Part shown: positions 14,518-30,000 of the stretch, in pieces
Layout: each line of letters opens with the position of its first letter
How positions within the stretch are numbered: position 1 is the stretch's first letter
Assembly: GCA_040954595.2 (NCBI GenBank)
Contig: CM082586.2
Span: 3,043,124 to 3,107,123, forward strand
Source of the DNA: Balanoglossus misakiensis
Taxonomy: Eukaryota > Animalia > Hemichordata
DNA: 64,000 nt
Direction: 5' to 3'
Notes under the pieces: generated by a model
What the model saw: only the letters and a program-made list of their open reading frames with translations
The model's database searches: none
Told to the model about the DNA's origin: nothing
Program-made: the position numbers and the translations under genes

Positions 14518-17500
14518 CAACAAAAATGATCCCGATTATCTCTTGACGTTTAAGAATGACAGTTGCCACGGTACTGGGTCCATCATCCTCCTGCTTGCTT
14601 CACGTCCCCGGCAACCAAGGTCTCACAAACCCTGACCATAAAAAAGTTTACGGACCCACTAACCTTGACAGCCACAATCAGCCTGAAACCTTGCCAGGTC
14701 CTTGACCAATCAACTGTGACCTTGCAAGCTTATTGACCAATCAGATGCGAGAAGACATATCGTACGTCCGGCTGAGGAACACTACCTTCAGGTGTGCTCT
14801 GTGCACACAATGGCGGTATTATAAATACCGCCTGACTGCAATATTTCACAATCGCGGGCACAAGGTCCCTTTTCAGATAGTCTGTGTTTTAAGACCTCCA
14901 CCACATTATTCCAGACTCAACCTGCCTCCAGGTGATCCACTGGCACAAAACCTGATGCGCCCTAGTTCCTTTCAACAAGACAATACAGTCAGTCTATTTT
15001 ATGATTGCCTGTGCAATAACAACACTCAGTTTGGACAACTTGGACAAGATAAAATACACAGACATATATCAGGTCCAGGCAGGTCTATTATTGGATCGCG
15101 CCAAATCGGAATATCGTCCCACAACTATTGTTTGAAACAGTGGTCAATTTACGACTCGAAGACACTTTGCCGCACCATCTGATATTATGCATGACTGAAA
15201 AAGACTCTGTCATATTTGTAAGGGGAAGTATTTACTCCTTGGAAACTCCAAGCAAAGACTGCGTATATCACACAATGATATATTATGTTACGTGTATGTG
15301 AAATCCTAGCTGATCTGCAAATCTTATATGATATGAAAAATGATCACCAAAGTTACAGTTCAGGCTTCTCTCTTCCATCATACACAAACACTGCGACACC
15401 TCACAGACACTGGGTTTTTAAAAAGCCCTGAAACCTGGGGCAATCCTTGTTTACAGGCATGGGTACTAAACACCAAACCAATCAACATGTTTATTTTTTT
15501 GTCTAGTTTATGATATACCTCTGTTTGTTTATTCCATTATTTACCCACTTCAGTTTTTATGACACTTTCACCAACAACAAACAATGCATTTTATTGACTG
15601 CTGTGTCTTTGGAGCTGTAGGCAAAAGAGTAAATACATAACATTCCACTCAACCCAATATCAGAATATGAAACCGTCCTGTGGGATAGATCTAGATGTGG
15701 CCAAAGGTAATAGTGATATACTACGGGCGATCTTGAAAATAAGAATGACAATTGCTGTGGTGGGCTGAGTGCGCCCTGGTCAAGAGTTTGATGTTTATCC
15801 TGCATAGTGGCTCTCTCCTCAACAGATTTGCTGAAACTGAACCCGTCTGTTCCTGTGTACTGTCTGCCAGGGGCATTTACAAGGGCTCTTAACCAACAAT
15901 GGGGTTTAGTGTTACTTGAAAACTGACCACAGCCAAAATGACGGGGAGTGAGGGGGGGGGGGGGGACTTAAATGCTTGGTGTGTATCTGTAATGAATTGG
16001 CGGGGACCCAGACAGCAAATGGACTTCAAAGAGAGGGTTGATTTCAAAAAGCTTACAGAAGGGATAGAATTAAACAGACACGTCTTTTCACTGCATTTCT
16101 CGTTCAACAGTTCATTTTTTTTTCCGTGACAAAGCGGAGGTAAAAAGCGATAGGCGACAGACTATTATACGGCAGTCAGTCAGGTGAAATAAACACAAAC
16201 ACAGCCTGCTTTGGTCCGAAATTGAAAACTGATCGCGCCAACACAGTGACTGACTGTTACAAGTAAACAATGAAGCGCCCAAGTCAATGTACGCAGGTCA
16301 CTCCCAACGACCTGGCTTCCTGTCCCCACAACAAACGTCATAGTTATCGCACTCCCGGTCAAATTAGCCGCACCTGAAGCATCACTAAAAAGACTGCCGA
16401 TCTGATATCAAAAGTCCAACCTCTGATAACTTTTAAACTCTGTGCAGTTGTAAATTTATCACCTATTGAGCCACGAACTGACATTTTTGTTTATGTCCAG
16501 ACAATCTTTCAGACTTTCAGCCAGCTCTTGAATGAGCTTGCAACAGCGGAAAATTCTGCTTTATAACCATTTGCTTTGCACGACTAAAACATCGTCGTAC
16601 AAACACATTCTTACGTCACCACATAAATAAATACATGTGGCTTAATCTAGAAATACCAATCCAAAAATAGAAATCACACAAAATGTCTAGAGAACCAGGC
16701 GATAGTCACACACCAATAATCTTCTCGGCCAGTTAAAGAAAATTGCGATGTTATTCTCATAACTGCCCACGACAAATGTATGGATTTATTGCTGAAATAG
16801 AATTCCCTCACACACAGAGAAACCTCGCTGGCCCATTGCAAGAAAACTGAGACAGGCATAAACACCAGTGACATTTCAGCCAGTAAAACCAAACCTTTCC
16901 ACGGCTCACATATATGTATTCATAACAGCGTCAGGTTTCTCTGTAATGCCATTGGATTATTAGTAACTGACTCGCAAGGTTCAAGAGAGATGGCTGTTTG
17001 GATAACAATCGATAGACACCTGTTAATTTTCGAAACATCCAAACTCCAAGCAAAGGATTATCCATACTCTTCACATCAAAGGAATCAAGAGGGAAACATT
17101 GAGTGATTATATCTGTAATTGATCTCGTTAACGCAGTGTTTTCAAACACAGGGGCAGTTGTCGGTCTGTTTTGTAGGTAGTTCAAATCTGATTTTCCGAC
17201 AGATTGTGGCATTCTTGGACAGAAATGTACCAGTTGGACAGGAATGTGCCGTCGTCACACCAAGAACCGATACTGAGGTCTACAGCGGGTGCATTTTTCG
17301 CACAGTTATCAGATGCCTGGGTACCCAAAAATGCAAACATGTTACCTTCCTACAGAAGGGTGACCAAGCCCTGATTTAATTTGAGTACTAACACATTCGT
17401 ACCTGCGTGCGTTGGTTTTAGTTTTGACGAAGCATCTTTTCAGAGAACAGCATCTGAAAAGTTTGAGGATGACACTCACAAAATGTCCACCTCATCCTGA

Positions 17501-20500
17501 AATGATGCATTCTGGGACAACAACCAACTGGTTGCTGAACCCGGGTACAGTTCAGGCGCTGGTCAGATAACCACCAGAGTTTCGATCCAGTAAGAGGTGA
17601 ACACAAAATCTCACCCACGCAACCATCAGCATGATAATTATTATTTTACACCAATGCATACAGCACACCCGACTACCACATGTCAGAAATGCCTAGCATT
17701 CTGCCGGCCCTCCCAACAATGGCACGAGAAATAAAACTACTTGGGTGCATGTATAGAAATAGCATAGACTCCGGCAAAATCCTTCAAACAAGCCTCTATC
17801 AGGAATTAAACGCTTCTTTAGAAACAAAACCCCAACTGAAATCTCTTTCAGTGGCGGCAATCAACTTTTTAATTTGGAGAATTGTCGGTAAATTATTGCC
17901 TTGTAATCCCTGCTTTGCTAGCATACTCGCCGGTCCAAAGAAACGCACAGAAAAAATCGAAAAGCGAAAGAGATCACTTGGATTAGTGTAAATACACGGG
18001 TCTTATTTTGTAAGCTTGGCATAATCTCAGCATATCAGGCCAGGATTAAAGTCTTTCGGCCACAGTAGCTCCATCATGAGACTGACATGGAAACGAAAGT
18101 ATAGGAATTTCAACACAAACACCTGACATTTTTTTAAAAATCAAAAGCCACATGACTCCCAGGAATATTAAGATGTCTGCATAGATTGCACGCAATTACT
18201 GAAGGGCAATAGGGTTATTTGTGTCTGTAAAATCAGCTCTAAATTAATCTCGTTGCTAGATTAAAACTGGACAAAGTCGTCAATGTGTTGAGATTGGGGG
18301 AAAAATGTTAGGAAGTCTAGTGCCTAGTATTACCACACCTTGCAAATCAACTGTGCTAAAACGTAGCACTAGGCAACTACAGTAGACTACATGTTTGGAG
18401 ATCTACATGAACAGATCTCTCCTATATGCTCAAATCCTATGCTAAACCCCACACACGACATGAAATCTACAGAGTCATTCACACCAAGAGGGCCACACTT
18501 TTGACGACAAGAGGGATTATTTCCAAACTTCTGATGCAAAGCAACTGTGGAATCTTTGACACGGCCAGATTTCACAATCTTAGTGTTTTGACTGATCCGT
18601 ACACTATACAGACCATATAGGAATTTGACATGCCATTTGCATACATGTATATGTTCATCTGCCAACTGCTGTTTTTGACACGAAACAAGCATTTTAGACG
18701 AAGGCTTTGAGACAGACCATCTATACATCTTAAATATCTTCGCTGAAGAAATTCCTGACAGGATTTTGATACAACACTGCAACGATTGGTTTGATAAATT
18801 TGAAAGCAAGTCTAAAAGCCCTGGGCACCATTTAAGTTTTTCTGATTGACCCTCCTTTACACCCACCCCTCTTGAAGAGTCTTCTGGTCGAAACACCCTA
18901 TTCAAAACAACAGATCAAACCATACTGGAGCAGAGTGTAAGGTGGCGTCGTCAGCCAGAGCAGGTGCAATTCCGGTGTTCACGCCTGGACCGCGGTGTGG
19001 AATTCCACACTATTCCCACTGCGAGTTCCAAGGTGTCAAAAAACTACTGTGCAACTCAGGGGTCAGGTACGCCGGGGCTGAAAACTGACCGTATTTCAGA
19101 GTTGTTGTTACACACTGGGGGATACTTTTACAGCAACACTGGCAAAGCAATAGAAACGCCGTGAAATTGTTATATATATACGGAAGGGTAAGGCCGGGTC
19201 TCGGCTTTCGCCTCTGGGCAAAGACTTGATCCGGCATGAACTTCAGTCTGCAAGTGTGAACACCTTCCCATCACTTGCATACTGCAATCAGCACAAAACG
19301 TCACACGCGTGCTTCTGTGTGCATGTATGCATGCACTCACAAGCATGTCATTCAAATGGGCCAAGCCTTCTAATACGTGACCTTGGAAGTGTCACAATGA
19401 CCTTAAATGACCTTTTGACATAGCTTTCCGGGGTGTGGAGACAATCACTGCCTAGCCTTCCACTCAGATAGTTTACATATTGACTCCAAAAAAACACGAT
19501 CACACTTGAAAGTTATCTAAGGCGATTGAATATCATATACAATGTACACGTACTAATAGACAGCTCGTTTTCAGACAGAAACCAAAAACTACAAACAACT
19601 TGGGAAGATTACTTGAGAATGTGGAAAAACAGCATGAACTTTCATATCCTGTGACCCTTTCCATTGGAAATATTTAGGCCACTGCAATAAAAGGACAAAG
19701 TCGCTGTAAACTACTGACATTATTTTAGTCATTTTCTTTTGATAGGCTATTTATGGTGTTCTGTTCACTGAAACATTCCCAATGACATGCTATCATAACT
19801 CAAACAATCATTACATGTGAATTCTGCCATCATCCATTTTGTGGTCAGTACCAAAAAATATTTTGTAGACGCATTCCTTCATAACGCAAATGGACAGGGG
19901 GTGTTGGTAGACCTCACCTGTGTTGAGGAAAATGAGTTGACATGTGCATCACTTCTCAGTTGGAGAGTCACAACAGGGGTGTGCATTTCACGTAAATTTC
20001 ATGTCTATTTCATTGCTGGAATCTGGAAAGACCTCATCTATATCGCTCTTTCTCTGTATGGGACCTGTTCCATTGGATATTTTTTTTTCTGGAATCCGGT
20101 GATTATTTTCAAACTTTCGCTTATGTTTGTGTAACCTCAGCGAAGGCATTTCCATGCAGCTGGATTCCAGGCATAATTTTTCTTTAACAAAGACGGTATA
20201 AATTACACACAAGACAACCCAAGGTTCCTTTTTGGATGTAAAACTTTAAAAGCAGTGAGAACCCTTGGGGACCTGACAGACGGGTTGGAATTTCATACAC
20301 ATACTACATCTTGTACTATACACTGTTTTTTCAAAAAGAGAAAAAAAAATCTATTACAACCACACTGTGAACCGAGCAATGCATACGCATACATGTACAA
20401 CTGTATACATGTACTTGAACTAAAACTATGTCTGCAACTGTAGTGTTAAGTTACAAAAGCCTTCGAAGTGGTCTCTATTCTACCATGGCACTGTGAAAAC

Positions 20501-23253
20501 ATTGAAATATTTCCGATCAACGATATCCCCCTGAGTTCAGAGCCACAGACAAACAGATGAGAGTTTGTCAAGTCTCTAAGGTCAATTTCACCAAGGACTT
20601 ACAGGTAACCCGAGAAAACGCCAGAAACATTACACCTGGGATTGACACAGCTGACATCATGGGGTTTTGACCGTGGCCACGACGCATTCCATTCTCTCGT
20701 TGCCTTGTTGTCGGAAAGGTGATCCCTGGAAACGATCCTGATCCGGCGGGGGTGGTTGAAGTCTTCCGACATGATGTCACTCCAGTGACGTCAATGCCGG
20801 AATACCTGGCACTTGGCGTTTGAAGTTCAAGTTGACTCCATGAATGATTTGTGAAAATGACACTTGAGTTGAAAACACTGTAACACAGGCAATATCTGTA
20901 GTAACCAGTGGATACAAAAACACATGCGTCACAAAAAATCTATAAAAATGAATGGTTATAGGAATTCTGTAGACAAAAGCTCTAGAATCCAAATGATTTT
21001 TTTCAAGATTTTTACTAGCGACTCGACCAACATATAAAGAGCCTCTGTGTATGTCTGTAACGCCCTAGGCTAAACATCCACAATCTCCATTGTTAAGGAA
21101 AGATTAATTCCGGAATGCCTTTTCCGTTAACATTGCAAAGTCATCTCACTGGAACAGCTATCAAACTTTTTAATTGAAATACATGTGTTTGACACTTCAG
21201 TTTTGGAATGTCTCGTGGAAGAGTTTCAATCTCCTCCAGAAGTGATCTAAAGCAGCTTGTCGGGACAAATTGAAAATCCATTTCGAAACCCTAGCCGGCT
21301 GTTTTTTATCCTGTATACATCCATTCAAATTGTACCACACTGACCCTGTCCCCCGAGAAAAATATATTCCCCATAAATCACACCCGTTTGCCTTGGAGTG
21401 GTGCAGCCCGGCCAATAGAAGTCTATAAATCCATTCTTTATTGATGGGGGTGAGTGGCTATCAATGAAGGGGGGTCAAGGCTCAAATCGTTACTAGTGAC
21501 TTCTTTCTTCTTGATGGTTCGTCTCTTTCTTTTTTGTCGGTGCAAACACTTTCACGTTTCAGCATTCTTGTGCATTTTTGTGGGCAACACCGCGTCAGTG
21601 TTATGTGTTCAAGTTTGTTGCCCTCCGGAGCGGCTCGATGCCCAGGAATCCGCAAGGAGATTTCAAAATCTGGGAATGCTTTATTCCCACAGTGACATCA
21701 CAAGTCACATCAATGATTATTAAACATCAAATCCGGGTCAATCCCTAACAATGGACCCTCCTTACATTGACAATATCATCAGTTTTACTATCTTCACAGA
21801 ATGGTCTTTTCATTGCAAGACTGCAGACATTACTAGATAATTAAGCATAGAAGCGATCGAGCTGTGTCCACGGTAACCCTGCTGACAACTTCCGACACCA
21901 GCATGTCAGATGTCAGGGCTGGACACAATGCCAAAATACCGGTAGGCGTATGCCATCTTCTGTGCCAGGCGAAGATGGGCTGTAACAAGGCAATGCATGA
22001 AACCTCCCACTTACGGTTAGACACTGTTGCTCTAGACTCAGTGATGATGAGAAAATGTTGATCATCAGTCAACTGAACTGTAGCACGCTTGCCTGCTTGC
22101 GCCATGATTTGAATTATGTGACAATGGCTTCTACAGAAGGTACCAGTACACTAACCAAAGTGGCAGCCCTACAATTGAAAGTCCCTTCAATGAAAAGCAG
22201 ATGGTCAGTTGCAGCTCCATCATTGAACCCCCCAAATTCACAGACCTTAACAAGAGACCCACTTACAGCTCAATGTCCTAATTACCCCCACGACATGCAA
22301 TATTCGGGGAAAGGTCCATTGCACACACAAGCCCCCCCCCCCCTCCCTTTTAGCAGCTGTGAATTCATCTCTTGCACTGCATATAAAACCGCGCAGAATG
22401 AAGTCAATAAACTGACTTCCTTACAACTTTAACTACCTCTGCAACATACACGACTTGGCTTTCAAAGTTGATGGACCACGGTACATGAACAAGTGATGGA
22501 CATATAAATTTAAACAGCTGTGAGGAAATCAAAACGCGTGTTGTCGGTTCCACATGACTTGCCCGGCGCTCTCCATCCTATTTTACAGTGGTACAGCCCC
22601 AGCCTGGCCAGAGTTATCAGTAGGGACATACCAAAGTTCGGAGGGGACGGGGGTGACTGAACAAACATTTAGGTAATTTTATCAAGATGAGACATAGGGG
22701 CTGTATCTACTGATATGAACCCCCCACTTAGGTGGCCTTTTTCTGTTGGCCTTCTTGTAGATTTTATATCCCTACAACACCCAAACCAGCAGAACACAGC
22801 ACTGGTTCTAAACAAATCATCTCAAACTTTACAAAGAATATGAAACAGTACACTTGTTCATCCCGCATCAAAAGAACATTTACAACTCAATGTGCTGTAT
22901 GTGCAACCTGGGCTCGGCTTTCAAGGGGGATTTTCACGAACAATAGGAAAAGATTATCATGATAATGTGATTATCCAGTACTCTCTTAAACATCTACATA
23001 TTACAGTGCACCTATTGTCTTGTGCTTGGAGTTCACAGTTTCAGTGCCTTGCTCCACGAAGATTCCAGTAATAGTACAGATGTCTGATTTCAAAAATAGA
23101 CATAGCAGGTTTCTCCATCCCTAATCCATTCACCATATTGCATGTGGCAATCAACCGACAGTTTCTAAACCACACAATCAGATGGGATGTATAATAACAA
23201 ACACATCGGAATCTTACCATTTCCCCCCTTTATTTAAAGAGATGATGAAGTCA

Positions 23254-23294
23254 GCGGGTACTTTTATCATCTGCGGGTACTTTTATCATCTGCG
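23254..23294. repeat. 19-bp perfect tandem duplication
   Basis: GCGGGTACTTTTATCATCT twice, followed by GCG. Confidence 0.85.
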
Positions 23295-26200
23295 TGCTGT
23301 GAAACGGGAAAATCACATAAAATCTCCTATTATAAACAGACCGAGACTGCCAACATAACTGAATTTTGTTTATTATCATTTGCCACTGGTTACACCACAA
23401 ACCTGTTTGCACCTTGCTGCTTTGTTGTTTTTCCACAGAACAACACAATCGCAAAACAGGAAGTAATCTATCACACATCTCACATGTAACCAAACTGACC
23501 CCCCAGCACCAGGGACTTGATTGACACGATTCAAACTGTTCATTGGTTTCTTTGCTTAAACACACTCTTCTTCCTGTACTTAAATTTTAACTGCACTCTC
23601 AACCACTTGTACTGCTCACTGCAGAGCTCATTAAAAACCTGACACACCAGTTTTCAAAAGGAACTCACAGGAAACTTTGAAAACCCATAAATTGTCACTT
23701 GGACATCTCATGTTGGTACGGGGGCAGGGGACTTTTGACCAAACCTGACCCGTCCTGCATCCTCCCGTCACCCTGATTTTCCTGTAAGTGGGACAGATCT
23801 CCGCCATAAAATCAAATCATGAAAACCGCATAACCATGGTTGTAAAACAGGGCATATTACTCACATGGCCCGTAGTCGCCGATAAAAAGGAACTGTTGAT
23901 TTCAGTGATGACTTTATCCCTCAATATATTTATCTTAAAGACCATGTTATCCAATTCAGTTCTCATTTCGGTTAAAACAATGTATTTCCTTTTTCTACAT
24001 GGAACTTTTGTTCCCCTCCCCCAACATGGAAGGATGAAATCAGTAGTCATGGAAACCACTCAATTATTGTAATATCCTGTTTATGCGCAAATGAACAATG
24101 AAGACTAATTCTGAGAGATTACCGATTAAGCTCATTCAAAACAGACCGTTAGATGGAGCGGAATGAGAAATTCAAACCACGGCCAAAAATTGCTCCAAAA
24201 TTAAAACCCACTTTCCTTTCATTTTAAAACGTTCTTCTCATTTCCATAATGACCTACAAGACCATAAAACAGAAATCTGCGGCAGAAGTCAATATTTGCC
24301 ATCCATAATTGATGCCAGTGCAATGAGGATAATCGCTGCTTGTTCAATCTATTTGCCGTAGTATAATTCTCTGCAACCAGTCAAACGCACACACGTCCAG
24401 CATTACTGCAGACCTTCAGCTTAATGGGTTTTCCGAGAGTATACAAATCTACTTTGTTCAAATTTTACTCATTTGGGCATCACAGTCATACACTGCAATT
24501 TTTTTTTAAGTCTGCTTAATTTTATGTAGCGACGTTTCGGTAAAACCACTGTTCTATCACACAAGGGACCCAACTGTCTGCATATTTTGGACAGCGGCTG
24601 GTACTGTGATCAAGTCTGAATAGTGTCTGACTCCAGATAATCCTGCACCAAGGTTTCTATCCCCTATAAATGTGTGTGGGCTGACAGGCACTTTGCAGCC
24701 AATGTTTATCCCCGTTTTTTTCTCTCCCCTGAATGTGAGCAAACATTGGCTGAGCAGTGATTCGAGCCAAGCAAAAGAGATTCTCGTATTAAACTCGGTG
24801 TCTGGTATTAATATGGGCACAAAAACAGTTCATGAAGAAAGTCCATTGATGATTGTGGAAAGAGCGATGGCCATTGTTGCTAGGTGGCCTGTCTTTATCC
24901 CTTGTGCCCTTTTGCTGTGTGCATACACCCCGCTTTGTCCGAAACTTTTTAATGTGGGTGGCCGGTATAAAAAAAGCCGGGCAGTTAGCAGAGGCCCTTT
25001 ATGAGCATTGTGGTGTGACTAGAGCGCTGCAACCCTGATCTATTTAGTCTCTTTTTGATCGGGAGTGACTAGCTAAGACAAATTAAGCTGGCTGGTTTGC
25101 GTGATTGTGTGTAGGGGATCGTCCATGACAAAAGGATTCTGGTGCTCAGTGACATGCCGGCCTTTGTAATTGGCTGTGCTTTGTGCACAAGTGTAATTCA
25201 AGCACCAGTGAGGAGAGAGAGAACTTTAATCGCATCCACATACTTTATATACCAAATTTGTGATGCCGCGACTTTAATGTTCGGTTTTCATTTGTCATTT
25301 TTGGCTGATGTGTAAAACAAGAGACACATTTCTAGGAAGTTCATGTCACTAAGTCTAGGATTTTTTATCTCTTTATCATATAAAAACAATGTAATAAATG
25401 GAAAAGTCAGAGAAAACTGGAAGTGTATATTTTTACAAGATTCTGCACTTCCATGAAATATGTTAAGTCGGCCATCTTGAAAAATGAGGTATTTATCACT
25501 CACCTAGGTGGCAAAATGCTATTTAAGACGTTGAAAATTGAAACTTTTTTTACTGGCAAGCTGCATGTGTATGTGGTCAAAAACAACACAATGTCAAACC
25601 TGAAGTTAGCAAGAAACGTCAAAACACTAGCACTGGAAGCCTAGTGGCCCATTACACACCAAGATTAATTTTTGTATGGCTAATAATGTCAGTTCTTGGC
25701 AATAAATTATTCACAGAATCACCTTGGATAAAAGTCTGCCTGGAGACACTTTTGATGACTGATGTCCGATGTCAGCAGTCAGTGTGGCAAGAAACATTCA
25801 TTTTTGTGAATTATGGGCTGGCTTACAGGCTAGATACACAGGTTGCATTTCAGATCAGTGTTAGAATCAAGCAAGCTAGGCTATGCAACACCTGCGCTGA
25901 TTCGTTTCCACCTCACCTGTGAGGATATTTGAACCAATCACCACTGTTCTCTGAACTTCTCATGTGACTGTCTAAGGCAGACTCAAAAGGTATTCTGTAC
26001 TGAAGTTGCATACAACTTTTGCCGACCAAATCTGAACTAAACTCATCCTCGCTCACTGATATGAAAATAAATTCAATAAACTCGTTCACCACAAACTGAA
26101 AGAAAACGCGAATGGTTTCTTGAATTATAAAACACCAACACCCCTCAAATTTTCTGAGAATAATCTCGACAGATAAATTATTCAGCCTCTGCATTATCAC

Positions 26201-26983
26201 CGATATATTTCTGCTTTTGGTTATATATATTTTTAATTGATCACTGCCGATCAGATTTCAGGAGTACATTTCTCACATTCAGTGTACTTCAACCTTTCAG
26301 CGAGATTGATTTCTGAGTGAGTTATGACAAAACTGTCGCGTTTCATATTTTTCTCATAAGTTTGAAGAGTTTCTTTGAGTTTGGCCAAATGGGGTGTACG
26401 GTCGGCAACATACAGGGTCTGCCCACTTCAACACAGCCTTGTAATTGTATCCACCCCCATTTGCCTTTGCAGAGGTCCAACCTTTCCACAGGAAAGGACA
26501 GATTTGGACAAGACCATGTTGGTGAATGGGTAATGTCCCCGTTCCTACCATCCATCTTAACCAGTAGTCCCCCTCGCAACCCCATCCATCAGCATCAAAA
26601 ACCACTTTTCAACTTTTACAAACAGCTTCGCCCCGACACTGTGTACTTGAACTCTCACTCCACCGAGAGAATTGATTTAATTACCCCCACTTTAAAAAAC
26701 ACCCCATTCACGTCAAATAAAAACACAGGACTTCGTTTCTCTGAGACTGGCCAAACTGTTGGTTGAGTGCTTCACACTTCATCCAAGGCAATCTGTTCAA
26801 AAGGGAATGTCAACGGCCGACACAACAGCTCTATTATACGCCATCCCTTTTTCCTCCACTAACACACACAGACTATGCAAACTGACCCATACTAAGTGTA
26901 ATACACTCCAAACAACTGTGTTTCTAACACATCTGGATCTCACGACTGGATCTCAACGAGTGAACTGTCTCTCGAATGGTTGC

Positions 26984-26986
<3 letters not shown>

Positions 26987-27014
<28 letters not shown>
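26987..27014. repeat. C28 homopolymer; other long G/C runs at 3536-3554, about 15952-15966, about 33250-33265 and 45773-45790
   Basis: Read directly from the sequence. Confidence 0.85.
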
Positions 27015-30000
27015 GGCGTAAATTATTATAAAATTTACATATTTTAACTATAACTGTTTTTAGTACTCCTACATGCTACTGCCACATGTCCATATGCAAT
27101 TACACCGAAATACTGCTAAATACTGGCAGTTCAAATTACATTACACGTATTACAGTTTTCATTTTGTTAAAAAGACTAGGCATTACTGTAATCCACTGAA
27201 GTGCTTACACATGGTTTCACACATTGGACTTATACTCGGACCATCCACAGGAAATGTGCAATTAAATTTAATTAAATTATCAATATTAAAAAAAACACTC
27301 AAAAAATGATAATCAACTGACTAATATTCCCATGTTAATTCTGACAATGAACCAAATACTGATTCCTTTCGTGTCATTTGGTTTCAGAGAGAATAAATTC
27401 GCTTTCAAGAATTAACAGATCCTATTCCAAATATAGGTGATCTGATGTACTGTATGAATAATTAACCCTATGCCTGCAACATATCTACTTTGCGTATATC
27501 ATTTTCAAAATTGGCTGAATAAATCATTCATGTATATTCCCTGCATGAGGAAGCATGCTGGCCATTGCTTCAACACTGCACGCCATGTATGGACACGTCA
27601 AATGAAATGATCAACGAAAAATAACTCCATGGTCAAAAAGCCATGCAGAAGGTTGCTACTTGCTCAAATTAACTCGAAATGGGTCAGACAAGCTCTCACG
27701 GCATATCATGATAAACCACCTGGTCTGTCTATTGCTTTAAAATGCAAAGCAAATGTTCTGGTTAAATTGGATGGTGCTGATAATGGACAACATAATACTG
27801 AAACTGATATCTGATTTTTCGTAAATGCTATTACAAGATTACTGTCAAACTGGCTGATCAAATCTGGCAACATCACAATATAGTCCCCTTAGCAACAGCA
27901 CTCACGATCTTGCTTCAATTCGAGATGTGTAACGAAGTAAATGCATTTTAACAAAACATTCCTAATAAGTCATTCTTTGTACCTTCTGATTCAAATCACA
28001 TTTATGTTACAGTCACATGGCCAGTGTTAGCAGTGGGAGCCATCATATTTGATATTATAATTTTTTTCCTACACAGACCACAAAATCCATGTGTTAGATG
28101 CCAAGCTCAATTTGGTTTCATCATCTCAAACAGATTCTCACACACTGCGATCAAAAAGACTGACAAGGCAAGAATCAGACGCAATGCTTTATTAAGTCTG
28201 TCTGTTGCAGCAGCACCCAGCCATTTCATCCAATTTTCTACCAGGTGCCTTGATTAATCTGGTCAGGTAAATTGCAGACTGATACTATTTGCTTCAATTC
28301 AATTCCGACTGAAGGCGGATGAGAGAAAAGCGGATAATGTGAAGTTAATGATTTTTCCAGTCACATCCCAGACTTTGTCAAGTAGAAGGAGTTAAGCTGA
28401 ATTTCACGTGAGAAGAAAACGGTTTATTGCAGACACTTTTAGCATGCAAACACACAAACATATACACCTGGTTTCTCTGTTATTATAAACAGCCTAGCCT
28501 GGAACTGCCCTGATTGGCTGAACAGTATTGATTAGCATTCATAAATTAGCATAATTATTCATATATTCATACCCAGAATTCCCTGTAATTTGACCCTCTT
28601 TGATTAGTTTGATTTCAAACCGTAGTTTAAGTTTTTGTTCTCCAACATATAAGTGGAATGTAATTAATGTGTTTTTATTTGTTTTGATAGTATTCTCACC
28701 AACATTTGAGAAAACTATCATAGTTCTTCCACATCATTTCCACACAAAAATATCCGAGATCTAAGTTTTGTATCTAAAGATACGAAACCAATATCATTTC
28801 AAGTACCAGCATGTCCAACAACCAATTAATGGACAAAGTAATTTGTATCACATCTTTCTCTCTCACTCATGAGAAGGACAAAAAATTCCTGCATCATTAC
28901 CAAGAAGATTTCTAAAAGATATAGTAGAAATTTCTGAATAAAATAATCAGACATCTGCTTGATGTGGTATTTGCTTATTAGTGACAGTGCTTTGATGTAC
29001 CTGATATCAGAAAGTGATATCAATTTTTTTTTATGTCGATAAAAGATGAAAATAAACTTGTGCAGGCTAATTTTCATTCTTTCGCATCATACCTATTTTT
29101 AGAAATTGATATGTTCACAATTAAATGAAGGCATTTATTATTTGTTATAAATTGTAAGTACATGTATCAGGTATGAGCAGAGTCTGCTGTATACTGAACT
29201 GGCCGTCTCCTTACGCATATTTATGCAGTTTGTTTGGAGGGACAAATTGCATGATTAGTTCATTCTGCATGGGTACCTGGGTCGAAACGCGTCCCCGCTG
29301 CGCTGCAGATCACGGCCCATCTGTGCTAATATGTAAATCTGGGTAACAGTAGAGGTGCCGCTAATTGTGGACAGGGGAACACTGACTCGGAACAGCTGGT
29401 CTGGGTTGACCTCTCTGTTACATGTGTGGGGAGCTTGACTGCTCGGAGGGAGAGTGTGGGTGGTTTTAATAAAATTCATTTACTGATCACAAACTCAATG
29501 CAACCCTGGGATGCCTGGTGTGGATGCATACATCACAGACACAAGTCACTTCAAGATGAGAAGTTCACAGTACGGTAACACTGCGACCGAATCCATCTTC
29601 AAAACTACATATTTTACAATTTCAAAGCAAATACAAGACCATCTCCCAGCCTCCCCACCCACCATTACTTATTTGTCCAGGTCTGGGATCACCCACGCCA
29701 CACATCCACAATAAATTGCCGTCGTTTTCACGAACATTAATTCATGACATCTGTACCCTGACTGTTACGAATTCTCCGACGCGTCAGAATTCAATTTCAC
29801 CTCGCGATAAATATTTCTCATCCAATTTCAGTGCTGTAATTTACTTATTTATTGATTCAGAATGTCTGGTGAAATATTTTTAGATTTGTAATTGATGTTG
29901 GTTGCTGAGTATGTGCTGACTGGGCCACCTTCTGCGAATCGCGCAAATATAATTTCACAGCTCTGGCACAAATTTTAAAAGTCACATGACGACTTGATAT

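Noticed and set aside
18387-18905. 172-aa minus-strand ORF in the EXT1 intron
   Set aside because: No similarity to EXT1 downstream exons, transposases or reverse transcriptases that I could recognise.
18995-19010. 16-bp palindrome GTGTGGAATTCCACAC
   Set aside because: Isolated and short, with no supporting structure.
28400-29170. AT-rich block, possibly a decayed transposon (similar blocks at about 25260-25640 and 49780-50110)
   Set aside because: No termini, target duplications or coding remnants could be defined without a repeat library.
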